NCBI GenBank assembly: GCA_017610005.1
Contig: JAFCCU010000001.1
Span: 144,371-208,370, forward strand
Reading direction: 5' to 3'
Length of the DNA: 64,000 nt
Source: Candidatus Woesearchaeota archaeon
GTDB taxonomy: Archaea; Nanobdellota; Nanobdellia; Woesearchaeales; B29-G15
The notes beneath the pieces are model-generated. The model worked only from the letters and a program-made list of their open reading frames with translations, did not search any database and had not been told where the DNA came from. Below, in pieces: positions 57,436 through 64,000 of the stretch; position 1 is the first letter of the stretch; every line of letters starts with the position of its first letter. The position numbers and the translations under genes are program-made.

Positions 57436-57561
57436 GGGTTTAAGGTATGGTAAATATTGTTTTAGACTTTCGACTTTAGACTTCAGACTTCAGACTTCAG
57501 ACTTCAGACTTCAGACTTCAGACTTCAGACTTCAGACTTCAGACTTCAGACTTCAGACTCC
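57436..57561 (+). repeat. Heptamer array module C. It has the flank GGGTTTAAGGTATGGTAAATATTGTTTT followed by (AGACTTY/CGACTTT)x14, exactly filling the gap between the pilin-like stop and the dnaJ stop.
   Basis: The flank begins 1 nt after the TGA at 57433-57435. The array ends overlapping the dnaJ stop codon (57561-57563). Confidence 0.9.
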
Positions 57562-58616
57562 TAACTCTTAAAACTTCTCTCTAAATCAATAAGAATATTT
57601 TTCTGATTGCGATTAAGCTTTTTAGGAATTTTTATACTAATTGTGATTAATTGATCTCCCCTTCCGCCACCATGTACTCTCCTTAATCCTTGGCCCCGGA
57701 GTTTAAACAAGCTTCCGTCTTGTGTGCCTGTTGGAATTTTTAATTCAGCTTCACCATTTATCGTTGGAATTGTTATCTTCCCACCTATTGCAGCAGTTAC
57801 AAAATTAATTGGCTTCTCGCAAAGCAAATCCATCCCCTGTCGCTCAAAAAAGTTATGCGGTAAAACATTAATGTATACAAATAAGTCTCCTGCAGGGCCT
57901 CCTCTCTCTCCTGCCTCGCCTTTTCCTGGGACCCTTAATCTATTTCCTGATTCAACACCTGCGGGCAAGTCTACTTCGATTTCTTCTTCAATTCTAGTTT
58001 TGCCTTTTCCCTTACATTTTTCGCAAGGTTTAACAATGATTTTACCGGTTCCACCACACCTTCTACAAGGGGCGTTGGTTGCAAATATTCCAAAAGGAGT
58101 TCTTCTAGTTGTTTGAACAACACCAGATCCGCCACAAATTGTACACGATTGGATTCCATCTGGCTCCCCTCCAGTGCCATGACACCTATCGCAAGTTGAA
58201 TTTCTATTTAAAGAGATAACCTTAGTTATCCCTTCTGCAACATCTTCTAAAGAAATTGAAACCTCAATTTGAATATTTCTTCCCCTTCTTGAAGTTGGCC
58301 TCCGACTGCCTCCTCCTCCGAAAAAACTTGAAAATATATCTCCTAAATCAAAGTCTTGGTATCCTCCCTGGTCAAATCCCCTAAATCCTGAAGAACCTTG
58401 AGAATCATTATTGCCAAATCTATCATAGTGATCTTTAGTTTTAGGATCAGAAAGGACTTTATAGGCTTCATTAATCTCTTTAAACTTCTCTTCAGAGGCC
58501 TTATCTCCTCTATTTAAATCAGGATGATGCTTTTTAGCTAAAGTTCTATAAGCTTTTTTAATTTCTTCAAGACTTGCGCCCTTACTTAATCCAAGTTTTT
58601 CGTAGTAATCTGGCAT
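57561..58616 (-). CDS. dnaJ: Chaperone DnaJ (Hsp40)
   Basis: J domain with HPD (KKHHPDLN), G/F-rich region, four CxxCxGxG zinc-finger repeats, C-terminal domain. Confidence 0.9.
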   Translation of the reverse strand: MPDYYEKLGLSKGASLEEIKKAYRTLAKKHHPDLNRGDKASEEKFKEINEAYKVLSDPKTKDHYDRFGNNDSQGSSGFRGFDQGGYQDFDLGDIFSSFFGGGGSRRPTSRRGRNIQIEVSISLEDVAEGITKVISLNRNSTCDRCHGTGGEPDGIQSCTICGGSGVVQTTRRTPFGIFATNAPCRRCGGTGKIIVKPCEKCKGKGKTRIEEEIEVDLPAGVESGNRLRVPGKGEAGERGGPAGDLFVYINVLPHNFFERQGMDLLCEKPINFVTAAIGGKITIPTINGEAELKIPTGTQDGSLFKLRGQGLRRVHGGGRGDQLITISIKIPKKLNRNQKNILIDLERSFKS

Positions 58617-60363
58617 TATTTCTTCTTTTTATCTTTCACTTTATATTCTGCATCAATTGGCTCATCTTCTTTTTTCTTCTTTTTTCCTTCTGTTTCTTTT
58701 GCTTTTTCTTTGGAGGCCTCTTCTTTTTGATAAAGTTTAGTTGACATTTCTTGAGAGAGCTTAGTTAACTCTTCAACTTTTTGTTTGACTTTATCAATAT
58801 CCTTTTTATCAGCTTCAAGTAGCTTTTTAAGGTCATTATTCACTCCAGAGATTAGCTCAGCTTCTTTTTTATCTACCTTGTCCTTTAATTCAACAAGCAT
58901 TTTTTCAGTTGAGTAAACCATGGCATTTGCCTGATTAATTAAATCAACTTCAGCTTTTTTCTTAGCGTCAGAAGCTTCATACTTTTTAGCGTCTTCGGTC
59001 ATCTTTTTAATATCTTCATCACTTAAACTTTCTTTTCCGGTAATTTTAATTGACTGTTCCTTGCCTGTTCCTAAATCTTTTGCTGAAACATGTACAATTC
59101 CGTTTGAATCAATGTCAAATCCTACTTCAATTTGCTCCTTGAAAAACTCGAATGCTAACTGCTGGCTGGTTATCATCTGCAGTAGAAAATGTTTGAGCTT
59201 TCTTAATAGGAATTGTAGTATTTCTATCTATAACTTTAGTAAATACTCCTCCCAAGGTTTCAATACCAAGAGAAAGTGGAGTGACATCAAGAAGCAATAC
59301 ATCTTTAATCTCTCCCTTTAAGTAGAGCAATGGCTTCATCAGGATTAATGGATTTTTCTCCTTCTTTACCAGTTATATCTTTAATTAGCTTCTCAACTGC
59401 AGGAATTCTTGTAGATCCTCCAACCAAAATCGCTTGACCAAGTGGTTTTTCATCTAATTTACCATCTTCGAGAGCCTTTTTTGTTGGGCCCTCAAGTCTC
59501 TTTAAAATATCACTAATTAACTCTTCAAATTGAGCCCGAGTGATCTCTTTTTGTAAGTGTTTTGGCCCAGCGTCAGTTGCTGTAATAAATGGAAGGTTAA
59601 TTTGTGTTTTTGTAGCAGTAGAAAGCTCTTTTTTAGCATTTTCTGCAGCTTCTTTTAACCTTTGATAGGCTTGTTTATCTGCTCTTAAATCAACACCGTG
59701 GCCTTTTTTAAAGTCATCAGCTAAAAAATCGACAATTAATTCATCAATGTCATCTCCACCTAAGTGGTTATCTCCTGCTGTTGAAATTACTTCAAATACT
59801 CCATCGCCTAATTCTAAAACAGAAACATCAAAAGTTCCTCCTCCAAAATCAAAAACTAGGATTTTTCCAACCTTCTTTTTATCAAGACCATATGCTAATG
59901 CAGCAGCAGTAGGTTCATTAACTATTCTTAATACATTTAATCCAGCAATTTTTCCTGCATCTTTTGTAGCTTGCCGTTGAGCATCTTCAAAGTAAGCTGG
60001 AACAGTTATTACCGCATCAGTTACTGCAGTTCCCAAATAAGCTTCAGCATCTCGCTTAAGCTTTTGTAAAATCATTGCTGAAATTTGTTGTGGTGAATAA
60101 TCCTTATTATTAACTAACACTGAAAAGTCACGCTCACCCATATGTCTTTTAATACTTCTTACAGAATGCTCAGGATCCATTATAGCCTGATTTCGAGCAA
60201 CTTTACCCACTACTACTTCATCGCCTTTGATTTGTACGACAGAAGGTGTAGTTCTTTCTCCTTCACTATTAGTGATAATTGTTGGTTTTCCTCCTTCAAC
60301 TACTGCAACAGCAGAGAAAGTTGTACCAAGATCGATTCCGATTACTTTTGAAAATTCAGTCAT
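58616..60363 (-). pseudogene. dnaK: Chaperone DnaK (Hsp70) interrupted by two frameshifts. ORF pieces are 59305..60363 (NBD), 59127..59339 (linker/SBD start) and 58616..59176 (SBD/lid).
   Basis: N-piece has [14 protein letters not shown]. Middle piece has [16 protein letters not shown]. Last piece has GIVHVSAKDLGTGKEQ. The summed length is about 608 aa. Breaks lie at T/A homopolymers and may be assembly indels. Confidence 0.8.
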
Positions 60364-60865
60364 TTTCCATACCTCCGATAAATTCCTCTAACTTTTCTTT
60401 AGGCACAAGTTCTTCAAGACTAGCGCCAGGTAGAGGTTCTTTTAATTTAGTGTAAATTGCGTACTCTCTTACTGAATTTCTATCTTCAGTGTTTAAAAAA
60501 TGCTTAACATCAAACCATTTTTGAGCATCTTCTCCATGATGGTCACAAGTTGATATTTTGCAATGAAGTGGCCTTATTTTATGGATGGTACATTTGTTTT
60601 CTTCAACATTAAGAAAAATACATCTTCCATGAGGAGCCGAACCCTGTCTTAATTGTTTAAATCTATGTTTTTGTGTATTTAATTTAGTAAACTCTTCTAA
60701 GTATCTAGTTTTAAAGTCCTCTTCACTTAATTTGAACTCATTTGCCAATTGTGGAATTTCTTCATCTAAAACAATCCCTGAAGTAAAATAACAACAATGC
60801 CCGCAAGTTTTGCAATTTCCATGTTTAATCATTTCACTTTTTGGAGTATTTTTTGATATTAACAT
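60356..60865 (-). CDS. YkgJ/UPF0153-like CxxCxxCC zinc/iron-binding protein embedded between grpE and dnaK
   Basis: [10 protein letters not shown] motif plus additional Cys/His residues; 169 aa. Start and stop overlap grpE and dnaK. Confidence 0.55.
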   Translation of the reverse strand: MLISKNTPKSEMIKHGNCKTCGHCCYFTSGIVLDEEIPQLANEFKLSEEDFKTRYLEEFTKLNTQKHRFKQLRQGSAPHGRCIFLNVEENKCTIHKIRPLHCKISTCDHHGEDAQKWFDVKHFLNTEDRNSVREYAIYTKLKEPLPGASLEELVPKEKLEEFIGGMEND

Positions 60866-61281
60866 TTTGCTACCTTCACTCGTGCATGCCGTAGTATTTT
60901 ATCTTTTATTTTGTAACCTTTCTGGAATACTTCTAAAATAGTCCCTTCAGGTTCTTTTGACTTTTGTGTTAGGATTGCTTCGTGAATTTCTGGGTTAAAA
61001 ATCTTATTTGTTGTTATTTCTTCTAATCCTTCTGATTCTAAAAGCGTTTTGAATTGGGAATAAATCATCTCAAAGCCTTTTAATAAATCATCATGGCCTT
61101 CTGTTTTTAATGCAAGTTCAAAATTATCTAAAACCGGAAGGAGTTTTTGTATAACATTAAGTGATGCAGACTCAGCAAAACTTCTAAACTCAGCTTCATT
61201 TCTTTTCCGATAGTTTTCAAATTCAGCTTGAGTTCTTTTAAGTAGCTCAGTTAGTTCAGCTTTTGTTATCCCTTTTTTCAT
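60859..61281 (-). CDS. grpE: Nucleotide exchange factor GrpE (short form)
   Basis: EFENYRKRNEAE (GrpE signature), LLPVLDNFELA, C-terminal beta domain; 140 aa. Confidence 0.8.
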   Translation of the reverse strand: MKKGITKAELTELLKRTQAEFENYRKRNEAEFRSFAESASLNVIQKLLPVLDNFELALKTEGHDDLLKGFEMIYSQFKTLLESEGLEEITTNKIFNPEIHEAILTQKSKEPEGTILEVFQKGYKIKDKILRHARVKVAKC

Positions 61282-61447
61282 CTTAAATAAACACCTTCCT
61301 GTTGATCTTACATCAACAAAAAGGTCTTTCTTTATAAACTTTTTGGAAAAATTAGGGTAAAAACAAATTTTAATTAGAAAAAAGTTAATTTAGTTTAGAA
61401 CTATTATTAGCAAAAAATATATATATTGAAGTTCATATTAAGTCAAC

Positions 61448-61846
61448 ATGGCGCGTCGAAGAAAACTTGTGTTGTTCCCAAAAGAAAAGCCAGAATCCAC
61501 CAATATAAACATTCAAATCCAATATTTTGGCACTTGTTTAGGGTTATTTGGCTTGCGGGACAAAGATAGCAGTTGTTATAGGCTTTTTATTGAACTTGTA
61601 AAAACAACAAAGGTAAAAAATCCTATTTCTTCTCAGGAATTAGCTTATAAACTTAATTTAACGCGAGGAACTGTTGTTCATCATTTAAATAGATTGATGG
61701 ATTCAGGCATTGTTAGGGTGATGGATAACAGATACTTCTTAATAGACCCATCATTAGAGAAAGTTGTAATACAGCTCAATAATGAGCTTGAAGAACTATT
61801 TAGTAATTTAAAAGAAATTGCTGTAAAGCTTGATAAGCAGCTCTAA
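61448..61846 (+). CDS. Winged-helix transcriptional regulator divergent from the grpE-dnaK-dnaJ operon; candidate heat-shock regulator
   Basis: SSQELAYKLNLTRGTVVHHLNRLMDSGIV HTH, 132 aa. Confidence 0.5.
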   Translation: MARRRKLVLFPKEKPESTNINIQIQYFGTCLGLFGLRDKDSSCYRLFIELVKTTKVKNPISSQELAYKLNLTRGTVVHHLNRLMDSGIVRVMDNRYFLIDPSLEKVVIQLNNELEELFSNLKEIAVKLDKQL

Positions 61847-62256
61847 GCTAATTCTTCTTCCTTAGACTTTTTCTTTTCGCCACGATACACTTCGGCAAAA
61901 GCAGGGGTTACAACAATGTAATCTTCCCCAAAACCTGCAATGTCACCATCAAGAGCATCTGTGGTCTTCTTAAGCTTGTTAATGGCTCTTTTCAATTCCA
62001 CAAGGTCCTTATCTTTTAATTCTTTAATATTAACTAAAGCGATAGTAGAACCCTCTCTTAGATGGTCTAAAATTGGTTTTAAGTCGGTAAAATCAGCTAT
62101 GTTATAGGTTCTAACAGTAATTTTCTTACCTTCGACAACCGCAGCTGTATCTAATTCAACGTAATCTTGATCTGCATCAGATAACATCCTGTCTTCTTCT
62201 TCACTACTTATAAGATCATTCAACTTCTCTTTTATTTTAGAGAAAAACTTAACCAT
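61843..62256 (-). CDS. sepF: SepF-like cell division protein (DUF552)
   Basis: About 137 aa. C-terminal YNIADFTDLKPILDHLREGSTIALVNIKELKD...GDIAGFGEDYIVVTPA resembles the SepF core fold. Confidence 0.55.
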   Translation of the reverse strand: MVKFFSKIKEKLNDLISSEEEDRMLSDADQDYVELDTAAVVEGKKITVRTYNIADFTDLKPILDHLREGSTIALVNIKELKDKDLVELKRAINKLKKTTDALDGDIAGFGEDYIVVTPAFAEVYRGEKKKSKEEELA

Positions 62257-62676
62257 TTTGAGAGCCCTCCTCGCCTGTTTTATTGTCCTTTAAAAATAGT
62301 TATTACTATATAAAACTTTCGAAAAGCTATTTTGAAGTAGTATTTCAATATTCATTAAGGTAAATTATCTTTTCACCCTTCATTTTAAGCACCATTATAC
62401 CTGCCATATGCTATTTTTTACCTTTCCAAATGTTTAACTCCCATTCTTCAAAGCCAGTGTCTGAAGCGGTATAACAGCGATTAAGAGGTAAATTTTCTTG
62501 CAGAAAATTTCCCCAAATTTTGCCTACGGCAAAACTTCTCTTAATCGCGATGTTAAATACAATAAAATTTGGGTTCCATATTTAGAATCGGGGGTCTCTA
62601 GTCCTTCGGACATTTAGTCTGCTTCGTAGATATTTATTGTTAAAGGGGACACACTTAAAAAAAGAAAAAAAATAAT

Positions 62677-62799
62677 TTATGCTACTGCATAAAGTGATTC
62701 ATCGTAAACATGAAAACCTTTTTCCTCAATTTCATGAGGAGATAGCTCTTCCACTTGCTCTGGATGCATAAGGTTTCCATATTTGTCTTGGTATAACAT
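62677..62799 (-). CDS. Mini-ORF 1 (40 aa) with a GGAGGTGA SD
   Basis: MLYQDKYGNLMHPEQVEELSPHEIEEKGFHVYDESLYAVA*; SD GATGTAGGAGGTGAAAGAAAATG. Confidence 0.3.
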   Translation of the reverse strand: MLYQDKYGNLMHPEQVEELSPHEIEEKGFHVYDESLYAVA

Positions 62800-62818
62800 T
62801 TTCTTTCACCTCCTACAT

Positions 62819-62914
62819 CTAATTTTCTATTGCAACTTCGTGCATAAACTCATCAATCCGAAAGTCATACAAATCTCCAACTAATTTTCTATTGTATCCT
62901 TTTTCATATATCAT
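62819..62914 (-). CDS. Mini-ORF 2 (31 aa) with a GAGGTGA SD
   Basis: MIYEKGYNRKLVGDLYDFRIDEFMHEVAIEN*. Confidence 0.25.
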   Translation of the reverse strand: MIYEKGYNRKLVGDLYDFRIDEFMHEVAIEN

Positions 62915-62924
62915 AACAATCACC

Positions 62925-63023
62925 TCAACAGCTTACTGCTGGACTCTCAAAATCCATCAGCATCTTTTGCAGATCAACTGTCATCCTTCCTTTTGAACCC
63001 TCGATTGTAATTACATTATCCAT
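62925..63023 (-). CDS. Mini-ORF 3 (32 aa)
   Basis: MDNVITIEGSKGRMTVDLQKMLMDFESPAVSC*; its stop overlaps the SD of mini-ORF 2. Confidence 0.25.
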   Translation of the reverse strand: MDNVITIEGSKGRMTVDLQKMLMDFESPAVSC

Positions 63024-63109
63024 TCTTTATCAATCCATTTATCTTTAAATTCTGCTAAGTGGTCACCAAAATTGTAGGTTTCCCACCATAGTTTTTCGTC
63101 CTGCAACAT
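63011..63109 (-). CDS. Mini-ORF 4 (32 aa, Trp-rich) with a perfect AAAGGAGGTGATACAAATG SD
   Basis: MLQDEKLWWETYNFGDHLAEFKDKWIDKEWIM*. Overlaps the alternative 44-aa ORF 63063..63197. Confidence 0.3.
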   Translation of the reverse strand: MLQDEKLWWETYNFGDHLAEFKDKWIDKEWIM

Positions 63110-63235
63110 TTGTATCACCTCCTTTTACAGTTTTCAAAGTAAGGTTTTTTGTAGCTTCAAAAAATGATTCTTGAATTAAATCAGGGGATAGTTTCATTTT
63201 TAGCCACCTCAAAAAAATTCAAAAAAAAGAAAAAT

Positions 63236-63727
63236 TTACTTAATTTCAAGCAGTTTCTTTTTCTTTTCCTCTACCTTGAGTTTTGGTACAGTTATCTTTA
63301 AGACACCATCCTTGTATTCTGCATTTGCTTTATCTGCATCTACATTTTTTGGTAGAGCAAACTTTCTGCAAAATCCTGCAAAACTCCTTTCAAGCCGAAA
63401 CATACCTTTCTTTTTATTTTCCTGCTTTACTTCATTCTTTTTTTCTGCTTTAATTTCTATGGAGTCTTTTGTAACATTCACTTGAATGTCATTTTTATTA
63501 ACTCCAGGCAGATCAAGCTCTGCAACAACTTCTTTTTCTGTTTCATACAAGTCAGATATTGGTGCCCTATAGTTACTTGTTACCAAATCTCCTTTTTTGC
63601 CAGAGCTATCTTCCAGCAAGAACTCATGTCCAATAAGTGGTTCTGTGCTGAAGAAATTGCTAAACAAACTATCCATATTTTCTTGCATTCTCCTCATTTC
63701 ATCCCAAATGCTTGACATTTTCTTCAC
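63236..63727 (-). CDS. hsp20: Small heat-shock protein (Hsp20/alpha-crystallin family)
   Basis: Alpha-crystallin domain ...LPGVNKNDIQVNVTKDSIEIKAEKK...YKDGVLKITVPK; 163 aa. Confidence 0.85.
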   Translation of the reverse strand: MKKMSSIWDEMRRMQENMDSLFSNFFSTEPLIGHEFLLEDSSGKKGDLVTSNYRAPISDLYETEKEVVAELDLPGVNKNDIQVNVTKDSIEIKAEKKNEVKQENKKKGMFRLERSFAGFCRKFALPKNVDADKANAEYKDGVLKITVPKLKVEEKKKKLLEIK

Positions 63728-63894
63728 CTCCGAGTATTGGTTTATTTTCGTCGATCTTAGATCAACTTAAAATAAGTAAAATATAACTTATATTTAAATT
63801 TTATTGTTTTTAAATATATAATTTCAATTATATTTATATCATGTGGATATTTTTACGAAATATTTATATATAAGCTATCATACCCTATATTAAA

Positions 63895-64000
63895 ATGGCA
63901 GAACTAAAGCTAAAAAAAATAAATAAACCAAAAAAAGGAGATGTTGAAAAAGATATTGATTGGTTCTGTGACAGCTTATGCCTTTCTTCTGGAAGAGATA
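63895..64000 (+). CDS. Hypothetical protein, N-terminal fragment (runs off the window)
   Basis: The ATG at 63895 is preceded by a TATA-like TTTATATATAAG about 25 nt upstream. Only 35 codons are visible. Confidence 0.25.
   Translation, partial: MAELKLKKINKPKKGDVEKDIDWFCDSLCLSSGRD

Noticed and set aside
58616-60363. Three separate genes for Hsp70 fragments
   Set aside because: The fragments are collinear pieces of one dnaK separated by single-base frame changes at homopolymers.

Overview
This 64-kb window comes from an AT-rich archaeal chromosome, roughly one-third GC by eye. Archaeal markers include r-proteins L40e and S8e, aIF-5A, EndoQ, SepF, a KG/Q class-III pilin signal peptide, GGAGGTGA-type Shine-Dalgarno sequences and frequent GTG starts. 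The gene content looks DPANN-like or small-genome euryarchaeal; this placement is tentative.

Coding content:
- Pyruvate:ferredoxin oxidoreductase porA (C-terminal end) and porB; porB carries a 368-aa LAGLIDADG intein.
- A CDF transporter, an HD hydrolase and a P-loop kinase.
- ADP-forming acetyl-CoA synthetase.
- A large Ldh-like multidomain protein, divergent from a stand-alone PEP-synthase N-domain protein.
- S2P protease, L40e, aIF5A and a CBS protein.
- A double-nucleotidyltransferase protein.
- thrS and srp54.
- A glycogen gene cluster: GH57, GT5-type and eukaryote-like GT3 glycogen synthases, a GalT-like transferase and a debranching enzyme.
- DUF368, EndoQ, a PfkB kinase, PEP synthase and class-I FBP aldolase.
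- An orphan MCP and CheW; S8e; PspC.
- An S8 subtilase plus a 2032-aa membrane-anchored surface protein.
- A Nudix hydrolase, tRNA-His and hisS.
- A Cys-rich secreted protein plus a pilin-like protein.
- The dnaJ, dnaK, ykgJ-like and grpE operon; dnaK is broken by two frameshifts.
- SepF and Hsp20.

The most unusual non-genic feature is a family of 7-nt tandem arrays. The consensus is AGTCTGA or AGTCGGA, read TCAGACT on the other strand. They occur at five or more intergenic loci with up to 31 copies.
- Three arrays carry a conserved ~45-bp flank beginning GGGTTTAGGGTTTAAGGTATGGTAAATATTGTTTT.
- The arrays sit as inverted or direct pairs around discrete gene cassettes.
- They are not CRISPR.

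Other noteworthy items are tandem paralog pairs, a tandem-duplicated hairpin module, a 68-nt tandem duplication over convergent gene ends, a cluster of SD-preceded mini-ORFs, and homopolymer-associated frameshifts in dnaK and a second Nudix gene.
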